Shown one piece after another: positions 36,401 to 48,000 of a stretch of DNA of 64,000 bases. Each line of letters opens with the position of its first letter. Position 1 is the first letter of the stretch. The stretch comes from a virus (Duplodnaviria > Caudoviricetes), in IMG/VR virus record IMGVR_UViG_3300037067_006113, positions 51,272 to 115,271 of that record; one strand, 5' to 3'. Below the pieces are notes generated by a model. It had not been told where the DNA came from, searched no databases, and worked only from the letters and a program-made list of their open reading frames with translations. Position numbers and translations under genes: made by a program.

Positions 36401-37340
36401 ATGCTGTTGTATCAGCTAAACTTAAACCGAATGTAGCTGCTGTTCCAGCTGCTCTTCTCATACCATCTGTAATTTCACCTAATCCACCAGGAACCGCTTT
36501 TGCTACTACTAAAAGAGTAGAAGCTATATTATTTACCTTTCCCCAATTATCACCTGTTTCACCAAATGCAATAGATAACTTTGCAAGTTTTTCAGCAAGA
36601 TCTTCTATTGGTAATCCTTTTAAGGCATCTCCACCAACTTGTGATAATTCAACAGCGGCTCTTGAGAAGTTGGTAATTGCCTGTTCCCCAGTTACACCAG
36701 CCTGTGCAGCAGCATAACCAGCCTTAATTAGATCATCTACAGTTAATGGTACTTGAGTGGATATATCAATGAAGTTTTGAACTATTTTATTAGATTCTTG
36801 GCTAGTAATTTCAGCAGCTCTTTGAATTGCTATAGTACCTTTTTCCCAGTCAGTAAAAGTTTTTATTGATAATCCAGCGGCAGCAACTATTGGTATTGTA
36901 AAGTTAGTTACCATTGCTCTACCAAATTGCAATAGACCAGTTTGAACTAACCATAATGAACTAGATAAACCTTTTAGACCATCTGTCATTTGCTTCAAAC
37001 TTTGAGTAGCCTCGTTCTCTTTACCAACAACAGATCCCATTTCTTTTATAGCCATTTGGTTAAGTGCAGTTTGGTTTTTGGCGATTTCGGTATTTTGTTT
37101 AGCGAGTTCTTTTGTTAATGGTTGTATGGAATTTACAGCTTCTCGTGCTAATTTACCTAATTCTGAATTTGATTTAGCAATATTCTGAATAGTTTGAGCA
37201 TTAAATTTCTCAATTTCTTTACCAGCCTCTATCGCGGCTTTAGAAAATTTGGTTAGAGCGTCTACTCCTTGTTGCAATGAACCTGCAAAAGGTTTTGCGT
37301 CTCCAGATAATTGTAATAGTATTTCACCTACTGTCGCCAT
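33498..37340 (-). CDS. tape measure protein (TP901-like core, hydrophobic segment, long coiled coil)
   Basis: ~1280 aa, Ala/Gly-rich, A..AGT.L core, LGIHSPSTVF motif; start ATG 37340. Confidence 0.9.
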   Translation of the reverse strand: MATVGEILLQLSGDAKPFAGSLQQGVDALTKFSKAAIEAGKEIEKFNAQTIQNIAKSNSELGKLAREAVNSIQPLTKELAKQNTEIAKNQTALNQMAIKEMGSVVGKENEATQSLKQMTDGLKGLSSSLWLVQTGLLQFGRAMVTNFTIPIVAAAGLSIKTFTDWEKGTIAIQRAAEITSQESNKIVQNFIDISTQVPLTVDDLIKAGYAAAQAGVTGEQAITNFSRAAVELSQVGGDALKGLPIEDLAEKLAKLSIAFGETGDNWGKVNNIASTLLVVAKAVPGGLGEITDGMRRAAGTAATFGLSLADTTALVGTLVASGVQANRAGTELSTIFLDMSKNADKVAQSLGYADSGVKEISDRMQNDMMGVLIELVNRYGAIGGRIAEVDKIEEIFGKTSMRALLPLLQNTELLIDLQKRANQEFENGTLLSADFATQANSLSGTMTVFGNSVKAVGYAVGKDLAPYVNYFLKTAVTGLTNLAKGWAALNPIVKAAIFLFASLAALIGPLVLLLTTLFVSPLSGLVTFITMSGKALVALRTTAQISTIAATGMTVFGQASTFAGLAMGSLLGGIKTLLIGLAALSIQFIVVLGVIAAVAGAMYLLGKVFGVKLKLPSMPEVNMPTAPTAPTGKKPKTQEEEAEDKQQEESRKKKLELAEKEEKALEKELRDKKKMDDKELLSKQNAVDKYEKVMDKEVESAQKSVDKQQEILDQKKEAWEDEKRAANEQIDAQEDIVKAAKKILTAQKATLSTLEKEKDSAVDKAKGEVELAKMSLDAAQEALDTEKKLGNDEYDASYRAAKLRVKNAQVAYELAQEEQIKVTKAYDVQIKAQEAIVDEAQQQVDVSESNLDDLKNALERRTAVVDKEVDLIEDELKTRQDALDKVKDSDQKKLDLLKDEKDELQKKYNEEESILQDKLDAEKDLVQSLKDAGVSELPEVTQDAVDAYNKLYGEFSKQVEDLQKQMKESLTPGAEVESGGLWDRMGKAYEDAKTKAKDAGVGTIIAFFTGVKAAQDEMGDTFDKFIVDTIFGQGTWDRHNEEAKSKGRDLTNAFQTALIERFKEWGSVIYSTGTSLIENLANGMKSRFEFLSGVVGKALEYIKTGWKYIWQEGYGWGADLINGLWQGVKNVWDSLKGNFDNIWNKIKDGIKNALGIHSPSTVFAGFGKDIMLGLKSGINDFSSVALDSLNDVAKKISDTDLSANMDISPIVSNASTNISDQATQISSIKGNSLENVPTTTNSSTVNKNYYIQPSQMIATRGEVRNFVRMIKEYDKFEEGR

Positions 37341-37341
37341 A

Positions 37342-37734
37342 TTATTTTTCCCTATATATGACACCTCTCAAATTACTTGGGATTTGAGAAACGCCACTAA
37401 TATCAGTTATTGTTCTATCACTTTGTTTTTCATCTTCTGGAAATGGAATAGGTATATCTACCCATTTACCAGCTGATTTTTTATCAGCGTGAATCATAAA
37501 GTGGAACTTTAGTTCAGCGTTTCTTTCATCTGCCGAGAAGTTCGCTGCAATTTGGACTAATTTCCAGAATTCCTCCCAAAAGAGTTCTTCCTCGCAATAT
37601 CTTTTAGTCCACCCGTAGCGAGTAGCAAGTGTATCTATACACCATAAGAAAAAGTCGACCTTCGGAGCTCTTATCCTTGATTTACTTGTGGGAACTGTGC
37701 CCCTAACTCCTTCATAGGGGCGACGAAGTTTTTT
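37342..37734 (-). CDS. tail assembly chaperone GT extension (-1 frameshift product)
   Basis: Open -1 frame LRRPYEG...LATRYGWTKRY...YREK* after A AAA AAC slippery site, ending 1 nt before TMP start. Confidence 0.8.
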   Translation of the reverse strand, partial: KKLRRPYEGVRGTVPTSKSRIRAPKVDFFLWCIDTLATRYGWTKRYCEEELFWEEFWKLVQIAANFSADERNAELKFHFMIHADKKSAGKWVDIPIPFPEDEKQSDRTITDISGVSQIPSNLRGVIYREK

Positions 37735-38153
37735 AGGTTTTCGCTAACCCTATTAAGATTAAAGCAAATCTTAAATGCTTCTGTTATTTGTTCTGGATAA
37801 GATTCTTCACGGATTTTTTCTTGTGTGATTTCAACGGTTTGATCTTGATTATCACCAGTTGTTGCTTTGTAGCAACAAACGGCAATAAATTTTGTCATAT
37901 TCTCTGGCCAAGATTCGAACATGCTGACTATTAGTTTATCTAAGTCAACTTGTGCTTCACCCTCCCTGTTTTCTGAAGTTTTTGGAGCCATACTCCTAAT
38001 AGTATCCATGTATATTTTTAAGGCTTCATAGAACTTTCCAGCTCTAAGCCTATATATTGTATATTTATTATCTCCAATTGTTACTTCTGCTTTATTTTCA
38101 AAAACAGAAGAAACCCCAGACTCTGTGGGTTCTTTTAATTCTTTATCTTCCAT
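37671..38153 (-). CDS. tail assembly chaperone G
   Basis: Between major tail protein and TMP; slippery heptamer near 3' end. Confidence 0.8.
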   Translation of the reverse strand: MEDKELKEPTESGVSSVFENKAEVTIGDNKYTIYRLRAGKFYEALKIYMDTIRSMAPKTSENREGEAQVDLDKLIVSMFESWPENMTKFIAVCCYKATTGDNQDQTVEITQEKIREESYPEQITEAFKICFNLNRVSENLKNFVAPMKELGAQFPQVNQG

Positions 38154-38190
38154 ATAAACCTCCCTACTAATTTATATAACCTCATCAAGT

Positions 38191-38748
38191 TTACGATTTA
38201 GCCTGTTTAACTTGAAACAGTTGCTTTCCTGACGCATGTGAAGTTTCTGCATAAGCAGTAAATGTTATTCCAAATGCGGTAGGATTTTCTCTCTCGAAGT
38301 TAGCTGTAATTCCACCTGGATGGCAACGGAAAAATGTCCAAGTTGTCAAATAACCAGTGTCATTATCAGTTATTATTAGCTGTAATGGTTCGAAGGCAGC
38401 ACCTACGACACCACCAATACCGACATAATAAGCAGAAGTTGCATCTTTCGATACAGATCCTCCACCTAATACAAGGTCGAGATTTTGAGCTGTTGACTCT
38501 AACATCGAGAACTCAACTGTTGCAGTTTCACCAGTAACCGCGACTTGAACAGGGGAAGTCACTTGATCGCAGAAGATATCAGACGTTTCAATAGTGTAGG
38601 TTACTGTAACCCCACCGTTAGTACATCCGACATCAGTTCCTAAGACGTCCATGTCATAGAATCCGTCCGCATTGGGCGAAGCATTGACACGACCTCCTAC
38701 TTTGACCACAGCACCACCAGTGTTAATATTCGTAGCTGTAACTGACAT
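38191..38748 (-). CDS. major tail (tube) protein
   Basis: DVG.T.GGV.V......I..DQ...V, .EF.M.E...NL, ITFTA. Confidence 0.8.
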   Translation of the reverse strand: MSVTATNINTGGAVVKVGGRVNASPNADGFYDMDVLGTDVGCTNGGVTVTYTIETSDIFCDQVTSPVQVAVTGETATVEFSMLESTAQNLDLVLGGGSVSKDATSAYYVGIGGVVGAAFEPLQLIITDNDTGYLTTWTFFRCHPGGITANFERENPTAFGITFTAYAETSHASGKQLFQVKQAKS

Positions 38749-38802
38749 AGTTTAGTCCTTCATTTTAATTTATTAAACGTCTAACCCTACCGCTAAAAAA
38801 CT

Positions 38803-39210
38803 TTAACTATTATTTATTATTCTTGCCTGTTCTAATTCTAAATCCCATTCCCTTTTGGACATAAATAGGAGTTGTGGATCTCGTCTGGCACAACCTCTTC
38901 CTTTTTCAGAGATAATACCAGGATAATCCCTTTCGTCTATTGAAGTTGCTTTTGGCATTTTGTAACTGTCTTTTGTAAAGACATACGAATTGCCAGTAAC
39001 TGCACCGATTCTTTCTGCTTCATCGGCTGTTCCAAGATAGACTACCTCTCTATATCTTATATCAGGAAAATCACTTTTAACAATTGGTTTTTCAGTTTCT
39101 TCAACTGGTTCTTCCTTTTGTTCTTCAATGATTTCTATTGGTTTATAATTTTCATCTGGTTCAGTAACCATATCTTCAGTAACAGTTTCATCTTTTATTT
39201 TTTTAACCAT
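38803..39210 (-). CDS. hypothetical protein
   Basis: late operon; G.VTG..Y.F motif. Confidence 0.65.
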   Translation of the reverse strand: MVKKIKDETVTEDMVTEPDENYKPIEIIEEQKEEPVEETEKPIVKSDFPDIRYREVVYLGTADEAERIGAVTGNSYVFTKDSYKMPKATSIDERDYPGIISEKGRGCARRDPQLLFMSKREWDLELEQARIINNS

Positions 39211-39219
39211 ATGTTTATT

Positions 39220-39573
39220 TTACTCCTCTTTTTCCTTACCGATTGGTAAGTATTTTCTAACAACAATGCAAAGTTTATCAAGACCTATTTTTTGGTGACC
39301 GATAATATCTCTCCAAGTATCTCGAATTCTGGCTTTAGTGAATTCTTTAAAATCCTCTGGCATATTTCTATTTTCAATCTCTTTGCAAAGTTGAGCTTCA
39401 AGTTTTCTTAACTCACTCCAAAGATCTCCAGATAAATCTTTCAATGCTTCAAATGCCTCTCTATCTTCGATACCTGTCCATCTTTTCCACTTGTTCTCAA
39501 GTTCTATAAGATATGACGGTTTCTTAATTAATGATCCTTCTGGATCATGTGTAACCTTTACCTCTGTAGTCAT
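39220..39573 (-). CDS. hypothetical protein
   Basis: AGGAGG SD. Confidence 0.65.
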   Translation of the reverse strand: MTTEVKVTHDPEGSLIKKPSYLIELENKWKRWTGIEDREAFEALKDLSGDLWSELRKLEAQLCKEIENRNMPEDFKEFTKARIRDTWRDIIGHQKIGLDKLCIVVRKYLPIGKEKEE

Positions 39574-39607
39574 AATTTTATCCTCCTACTATAACTAAAA
39601 CTTATTA

Positions 39608-40057
39608 TTAAGATTGCTCTTTAGTAGCCCATGTAACCCTATATCTAATTGGTGTAAACCAAGCTTGTATATCAGGATCATGCATTGGCTCTGTTAAAGA
39701 ATCTCTGACACAACTATAGCAAATAACCTCATCACTGTCTAATGTTCTTTGTCCATGTAATAATTCCTTAATCCTTGCCTCTATATTATCTGATTCAGAA
39801 GTAGTCGATTTATTACTAAATATTTCAATTCTAAAATTAGATCTAGATATCTTTCCACTTATTTGTGTTTCGTCATATGGGTGGTCACTATCATTAATTA
39901 CATAGTAAACTACACATGGATAAGATACTTGTTTTGGTGGATTACGGTGGAATATTTTACCTGTACCACCTAAAAGACCTCTGAGTGTTACATCATTGTT
40001 TAGTAATTCAAATATCGCTTGTTTTAAATAATGTATATTTTTTTGATATGTACTCAT
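39608..40057 (-). CDS. tail terminator (DUF3168-like)
   Basis: L..AIF.LL..D.TL..L...I....P....YP.VVY. Confidence 0.75.
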   Translation of the reverse strand: MSTYQKNIHYLKQAIFELLNNDVTLRGLLGGTGKIFHRNPPKQVSYPCVVYYVINDSDHPYDETQISGKISRSNFRIEIFSNKSTTSESDNIEARIKELLHGQRTLDSDEVICYSCVRDSLTEPMHDPDIQAWFTPIRYRVTWATKEQS

Positions 40058-40566
40058 GACATGCTAAATCCTTTCACAAATCTACCCGTTGATTTACTTC
40101 GTGTCCTTCCAACCTCTTTACTAAAATGTGTAAGACTTACCTTTAAGGTATCAGATATTTTCTTACTAATAGTAGGTCCAACTTCCAAATAAGCACTTTC
40201 TAGATAGTGATAGCCTTCCCACCACGAACCAGTTGGTTTTCCTGTCCACGGGTTAGTAATTCTATGTCCAATTTCTACCCATTCACCGTGTCTCGCTGAC
40301 CTTAAATCAACTCCAACTTCAATACCAATCATTTCTGTTTCGTTAGTTTTAATAGTCGATTTTATTGCATTTTTTAATTGTCCAGTCCAATATTTCTTAC
40401 CAGTTCGTGATATAGATTGTTCTTCGAGTATTTCTTTTGCTCTATCACGAATTGTATTACCTTGATTCACCAATCCACTTCTAAAATCTTTATTAATAAC
40501 TAAACCTAAATCATTCAAATTCTTAATCGTTGTATTAATCCCACTCAAGGACATTCCTATTTTCAT
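40054..40566 (-). CDS. HK97 gp10-like tail completion protein
   Basis: TGQL..AI, WVEIGH, YL..A. Confidence 0.75.
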   Translation of the reverse strand: MKIGMSLSGINTTIKNLNDLGLVINKDFRSGLVNQGNTIRDRAKEILEEQSISRTGKKYWTGQLKNAIKSTIKTNETEMIGIEVGVDLRSARHGEWVEIGHRITNPWTGKPTGSWWEGYHYLESAYLEVGPTISKKISDTLKVSLTHFSKEVGRTRSKSTGRFVKGFSMS

Positions 40567-40994
40567 GCTATTTTTCCTTTGCTAGTAACAGTACTTACAT
40601 TTAGTTGTTCATTTGGTACTCCAGTTATTGCTTTCAATATTATTTTAATATGGTGACTATCTGTAATTTCTACATTAGCTGATTGCCAATTTTCAACTCC
40701 AAGAACAAAATATCTAATATTAGTTTCTTGATCTAATGCAATATCACCAATTTGTATATCTCTTAAATTAGAATCGTCATATCTATTTATCCATGCAGCA
40801 TGATCTTGCATATGTACTTTTCCATGGATCTCAAATTCGGTAGTTGATTTCTCTGGTTGAATGTTTGCCTTTAGAGAAGCATACGCAAGACTTTGAGAAG
40901 TCGACAAATCACCTATTGAATCAATAACAACTGATTCTCTAAATATATGTATAGTTGTATTCAAATATTTGTCTGGAATGCGATGTATAGACAT
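40563..40994 (-). CDS. head-closure (stopper) protein
   Basis: Position; D..GD, DI..GD pattern. Confidence 0.65.
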   Translation of the reverse strand: MSIHRIPDKYLNTTIHIFRESVVIDSIGDLSTSQSLAYASLKANIQPEKSTTEFEIHGKVHMQDHAAWINRYDDSNLRDIQIGDIALDQETNIRYFVLGVENWQSANVEITDSHHIKIILKAITGVPNEQLNVSTVTSKGKIA

Positions 40995-41050
40995 ATTTTA
41001 TTTCCCTTATTACTTAGTAAACTATTTCCACATCATATTTATATTATAGG

Positions 41051-42025
41051 CTACCCCAAAGGACCCGCGAACGGGAATCTTTGATACGATTGTCGATATG
41101 GATTTAATAATTTTATAATTGTTCTCGCACCTTTTAATCCAAGTTCGGAAATAGCATCATCCTCTGCCTTAGCATTACTATATACTTCAGTTATTTTATC
41201 TATTGTAAATCTTTGTAATTCCTTATCTTCGCCGTTAGTTTGTTTGTATAACTCTTCAACTAACATTACCGCAGCTTGTTTTACTGCGTCAGGAACTGTT
41301 ATATATCCAGCAGTATAAACTACTGTCGCGACAGGAATAATTTGAGTTGCTGAAGGATCAAAGGTACAAATTCTTAAAGTAGGAACAGATATATCACTGA
41401 AATATTCTAGATAACCCGATTGTTCATTAATTCGGATATAGGTTACGTCTAAATTAAGTGTATCCGTAGGACCTTGTTCTAATTGAACGCTTGTCAAAGA
41501 AATAATAGGTCGGTGAGATAATTGAATATGAACACCATTATGAACTTTATCTAGAACACATCTTCTCTTTTCAGTATAAATTGCATAGTTAATCGAATCT
41601 CCTAAATAGGAATCTATTATCGCAGTAGCTCTATCAATATATCTTTGTAGGATTTCATCGGTTGGTGAAGTTGCTGTAATTTGTGTATATACTGATTTTT
41701 GCCTTACTTCATACGGTGTGACATACCCAGTTCTAACTGAAGAAACGACTTCAAAATATTGAGTGTGTTCATAAGTTGAACCGTTAATAACAAATCTCCA
41801 TATAGCAGTATAAATTCCGAGTGTAGCTGTATTAACAGCTGCCATTGTATATTCATATCTACCAACAGTAGATCCAGCAACTGGCGTAACATTTGTAAGA
41901 ATAACCGTTCCATTCGGATCAGTTATTTGTCTAATAAGAATAGAAGTCGGGGTAGTTAAAACATTATTATAATAAATATCAACTTCTATTTTATCAGCTG
42001 TATTTTGTAAAATCTGGTCAAGCAT
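41051..42025 (-). CDS. head-tail adaptor with N-terminal Ig-like domain
   Basis: GYVT..EV, I..A...ID.Y, VYTAGY..VP.AVK.A. Confidence 0.75.
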   Translation of the reverse strand: MLDQILQNTADKIEVDIYYNNVLTTPTSILIRQITDPNGTVILTNVTPVAGSTVGRYEYTMAAVNTATLGIYTAIWRFVINGSTYEHTQYFEVVSSVRTGYVTPYEVRQKSVYTQITATSPTDEILQRYIDRATAIIDSYLGDSINYAIYTEKRRCVLDKVHNGVHIQLSHRPIISLTSVQLEQGPTDTLNLDVTYIRINEQSGYLEYFSDISVPTLRICTFDPSATQIIPVATVVYTAGYITVPDAVKQAAVMLVEELYKQTNGEDKELQRFTIDKITEVYSNAKAEDDAISELGLKGARTIIKLLNPYRQSYQRFPFAGPLG

Positions 42026-42036
42026 AAAATTTCTCC

Positions 42037-45000
42037 TTATTTTTCAATTGTAGCTCTTGCCGTAATCCATTTAATTTGTTGTACTTTTGGTTCAACGACA
42101 TTTACTACATTAACTTTATTATAATCAATATCTTTACCTATTGTATATCGATTCTTAATTTCTTGTACTCTCACTTTATTATATACTATTTCTTTGGTAA
42201 CTTCTTTAATATATGTTACTTCCTTTATTCGATCCTCTGTTCTAACTGTGGTAATTATCTCAATAACTACTATAGTATTGATCTTTGCCTTAGCTGTTAC
42301 TAAATGAATAATATTATTGACAATACTTGCTTTGACTCCTGATATTGTTGCAATATAAATATATCCAATTCTTCCAACTGAACATACTGTTTGTATAATT
42401 ATGGATTCTATATCACCTTTAGCAGTTATATGTTGAGTTGGGTATGCTCCTAATCTACTTTTTGCTGATATAGTTTGTAAATAAGTATTAATAATTCTAG
42501 CTTTAGCAAAAATATTGAATTGAGAAAAACCTCCGACTCTACCACGTCCAATAACTGAACGTTCGTTCTGTTTTTTAATGTTACCAATTGCACTGATTAA
42601 TTTGGTATTGAATGTTTTAATGCGACTCAACGCATATAATGTTTGACTACTATGTAACTCGATTACAATTCGACCTTTGGTATTTAAATTTTGTATTACA
42701 TTAATGGCTATATCCCCTTTTGAAGTAATAGTTTTAATTGTAGTTAATGTTATTCTAGCAATTGCATTAATGTATTGATAAAAAGATTGATTAATTCTAG
42801 ATTTTGCATTAATTGTTACTAATCTGTTGATTTCTATATGACCACTAGTTGATATATTATGTGTTGTAGTAACTTTAATGTTACCTTTCGCATCTATGTT
42901 ATGACCATACGGACTACCTATACTTGCTTTCGCGACGATAGTTCGAGTTTCAAATATATATACTGACCCCTTGGCAGTTATTGTTCGTATTCTATCTATA
43001 TTAATTCTTCCAATAGATCGAATTGTCTGTGTGGATTGTTTTTCTATTCTACTTTTTGCAACAATGGTATATGCTCTTGGTTTTTCAATTCGTCCTTTTG
43101 TATTTATTGTTTTATTTTGTGTGTTATTAATATCTGCTTTAGCGTTTATATAATATATACCTATAACATTAATTCGACCTTTTACATTAATTATTCTTAA
43201 TATATCAGTAATTAATATAGAAGCTTTGGAGTTAACCGTTTGTTCATTTGTATTTCGGATATTACCTTGAGCATATACATTTGGCATACCGTAAAGTTGA
43301 AGGCGAGCTTTTGCATTCAATGTTCTAATTACTTCATTTCTGATATTAGATTTGGCATTAATTGTTTGATTTGTAACAAATGTAATTCTAGATTTGCTGG
43401 TTATAGATTGTTCAAACATTCTTTGGATTAATGAGTTTGCTGATATGCTACGTTCAGTATTAATAGTAATTCTTCCAAGTGCATTTATATATTGTTGAGA
43501 TATTACTTCAATACGACCAAGAACATTTATTTTTTCAGTTCTTAATTTCCCAATTCTTGATTTAGCAGTAATAATTCTTTCAGAATAAATAGTCACCCTT
43601 GCTTTTGTAGTTATCGTTTGGATTGTTCTAACTTCAATTCGTGATTTAGTTGATATTGTTTTAGATTCAGTAGTAGTAACTCTAGATTTAGCCTGAATAT
43701 TTCTTTCAGTATTTCTTAATATCGAAGCTTTAGATTCAACGGTTTTATATCTACCAAATTCGATTCTTCCAATTGAACTTATGGTTCTGGTACTAATTAT
43801 TTGTAATCTAGATTTAGAAGTAACTGTTTGTATGAATCCAGATTTAATATTTGCTTTTGCGTAAATAGTACGGTTACTACTTTGTGTGATTCTTCCTAAT
43901 CCAGTTATATTTTGAGTTGAGAAAATACTAATTCGTCCTTTCGCATTTATAGTTACTAAATTAGCAACTAATATTCTTCCTTTAGAAGTAATAGTACGAG
44001 CCGATAGTATCTCAATTCGTGCTTTAGATTGTAATATTCCAGCAATTTGGCTTTGAAGAACGTTTGATTTAGCAATCAACGTCTTTGATTGCAAGGTCTT
44101 TATATTAGCTTTGACCTCCATACTTTTGGTACTCATTTTAGATATTCTAGCCTTAGAAGTGGTTGTTTTTTGTTGTGTATTAGCAATATTTCCTATTGCA
44201 TTTACTGTTTTAGTAACATTTCGCTCAATTCTAGATTTAGCACCTATAGTTTGAGTACTCATTATCTGTATTCTTGATTTTGATATTAAAGTCTGAGTTC
44301 TAGATTGTTGTAATCTAGCTTTAGTAGTTATGGATTGAGTACATATTTGGTATATATTAGCCTTAGCAGTTATTGTTTGAGTTGTAGCTGTGATACCTGT
44401 ACCAATATTTGCTTTGGAATTTATTGTTTGGGTATTTGTTTGAAATAATGTGATAATAGCCTTTGCCTCTATATTATGTGGATTTTCATAATTCCACATT
44501 GTCGCATAAATGGACATCATTGCACTATCTCCAATATTACCATTACCAGTTGCCCATACCGAAATAGTTGGATGATTTAAAGAAGGGTTAGTAAAAAACA
44601 TTCTTGGCAATGAATTCCACCCAGTAGACGTATAAAATGGTACTGGATTCCATATAGTAATATTTTCAGTTAATGTTCCAGCTGTTAATCTAGATCGAAT
44701 ATAGTAAAATGGACCTCTATTTTCTACATTAATAAAATTAAGGGTTGTTGATTCCCAATCTGCTGGGATACTATCTCTATCTGACCATAATTTTCCAGCT
44801 CTTGTATCATCTGTATATGTTAGTGAATCAACTGGTGTAAATGCTTTCCATGTACTTCCATCCCAATATTCGTGTATCCATGTTAAACCAGTTGCTATTC
44901 CATAATAATTACTAATATGGATTATGTTCCACTTTTCAGCTAATCCAAAGTATATTTCATCTCCAATTGCAGTGAATGTATAATTAGTATTTGGGTGAAC

Positions 45001-48000
45001 TACACCATCATATGGAGCTTTTGAAAAATCATGTGTAGCATCATAATATTGATTGCCAATATGAGTTGTGTCTCTTAGAATTATTGAATCAAATGGTCTA
45101 ATCCAACTTGGGAATATTTCACGTGGTTGTGTTTCCCATATTCCAGTATCTGTGTCTCTTGAAGAAAGTAGTAAGTTTTTATTATACCAACCAAAAGATT
45201 GAAGAGATTCAAATACTATTGATACATCCTCTTTATTAGGGTGTAAAAATATTAATGGGTGTTTACCGCCAATTCCATAATAATCAAATAAATATTCAAT
45301 TGTATTCCAAGCTCCCTCAACTCCATTTATATAATAAATACTAAATCCCCCATCCGTAACTGCAATATGGAATACATTGTTTTTATCTACTACTACACTG
45401 AATGGTTCCCAACCTTCACCACCAGTATTTGCAACAACAACAGTTCTTGCACCCCACGTTCCACCTAAACCTCTTTTCCAATAAACTAAGTCTGAGTTTC
45501 CACCAGTTCCCCAAGAATAAAAGAAAAATACTTCTGTTCCAATACATACTAAGTTATGGTTAAATGATCCAGGTCCTTTACCATCAGCGTAATGATCAAT
45601 ATCACTGTTATCTATAGTAACGGAAGTATAAGGAACATCAATATAAGCTGCACCAATTTTTTCTGTATTAACAGTACCATCTGTGTTATATACAATAGAA
45701 ATATAAACCCTGTCATTTTGATCTACTGCAAGAGCAAAAGAAACATTATAATACTCATATGCAGAAGGCATACTTATAGTTAATTCGCTCTCAACAGTCC
45801 AATCTCTCGTACTTGCATTATAAGTTAATTTTCTATAATATTGTCCACCTTTATACGCAACATGAATATTATTATTGGAATCTACTTGAGCAGAAACGCG
45901 ACCATCATAACCAGCTTCTGCTGATATTGTATAATCTCTAGAATCATCCACAGTTATTGGAGTAGACCATTCGGTATATGGAGAGCGAGAATAAGTAAAT
46001 TGAATACCACCAGTACCAGTTGCTTGTTCTTTTATAAAAAATAAACCAATAGTTCCATCATTTATTTGTACTAATCCATCACCACTTAATGGAGCGTGAA
46101 AATCTGATTGTGCTATCTCAACGTGTTTAACCTTGTCTGGTATTTTGTATGCAATTCTTGCTCTAGCCTTTACTGTGTGTAGCCATGGTTTGATAATATA
46201 GGCAGCCGATATAACTGTTTGAACAGTTGACGTTATTCTAGCTTTAGCTGTTACAGTTTGTGCCATATAGGCATCTAAATATGTATCAAAGCTATAATAA
46301 CTAGAATCAGCTAACCAATTAGTACCGCTATCATTTGACGCTTGGAATACACCCCAAACAGCACCGCCATAAGTAGCATTATAAAAACTTGATTCTACTG
46401 TTCCATATAAAGAGTCAGCATAAACATCAAAGTAATTTGATGTATCACCACCAGTTGTTCCACAAACAAAACGGTATCCTTCTCCAGCTACTAAAGTTAG
46501 TGGTGAATCTAATATTGCTTCAATTCTAGACCAACTAGTTGTTATATTATCCTTATCTGCTATTGTTCCACTCTTTAATACTGAATTAGTTGATACATCT
46601 CTGATTTCGTATGTTAAATCATTTGGTGGTGTTCCTCCTTTATGAACATAAAATGCAATTCGATTTATAACTAAGTTTTGTCTGAAATAAATCTTTTGGC
46701 CTCTAAGCCTTGCGCCATAAATTCTTCCTTGAGTATAACTAGTTATTGGTGATCCAAACATCTTATTGATTAAAAATATTGCGCCATTACCAGTTTGGGG
46801 TGTCCAACTTGATCCACCATTAGAACTTAAATATGTGGCAAAATCACCGTCTTGAGAATCATAGTTATATAATTCAGAGAATCCTGCATTACGTAGATAT
46901 TGTCTAGCATAATTGCTACCACCAACCGTTCCAGATTCATATTTGCAAACAATCCAATAAGTTGTTCCAGCAACTAGATTAACAGCAGTATCTAATGTAG
47001 CATGTACCCAATCCCACTCAATTGTTGGGGTAACCGTACCAGATCCAAGATACGTACCAGAGGGATTTCCACCACTATCTGCCATTATTCCAACCCTATA
47101 TAATGGCGCACTTGCAATTGTAGAGAAATTCAACGATACGTTTAATGCATTAATATTGCTCCAAGGAACAAACCTAAAAGCAGTTTGTCGAGTTGAAGTA
47201 TCTAAATCATAGTAGTAGTAAGTATCTGCATCATTCCATATTCTATTTGGTTTAGTTGGCTTACCAATAATCCATGATCTTGCATTAATGGTTTGTGTTT
47301 TTGTTTGGTTTAAAAGGGCTTTAGCATTTAAAGTTTTAGTTACAGTATTATGTTGTATTCTACCCTTTGAAGTACAATTATTTGTTTTAGTTTTCTTGAT
47401 ACTTGATTTAGCTGTCACCGTCTTTGTATAAGTGGTAAATCCAGCAGTATAAGTAACATAAATAGCGATTTTTTTTGTACTATGTGTTGGTGAAGATAAT
47501 GGATCGGGAGCAGTATCCATATGTACATCGTAATCACCATCACCTGTATATGAAACTTCATGACCTTGATTTGCACTACCTGTATCATACTTTCCAACAA
47601 AACCTCCACCTTTTACGGAATTTCCCCAACCACAGACAACATAGTCTACTGCCGATATATTTGGATTAGAAGAAAATGTTAAATTGTACCATTGGTTGTT
47701 ACCACCTTCCAAAGTTGCTTCATTAGTTTCCTTTACTTTAGATAGATTACTGTGAAGATATACTATGCCTTTCATTAAAAGATCAGTCCCAGTAGGTGAA
47801 TTCGGACTGACAAATATACTCATTCCTGTGGCAGTTCCTGCGGCACCTGTAAATAATGAACCATATATGTAATCACCAAAATTTAAATCAGTTCCTGTAG
47901 TGGTTGAATAACCAAAAGTTAAACCAGCAGCATGTCTTACTGGATAAACTGCATTATCCAAGAATTCTTGTGGAATAGTAACTGTTAAAATTCCAGTATT

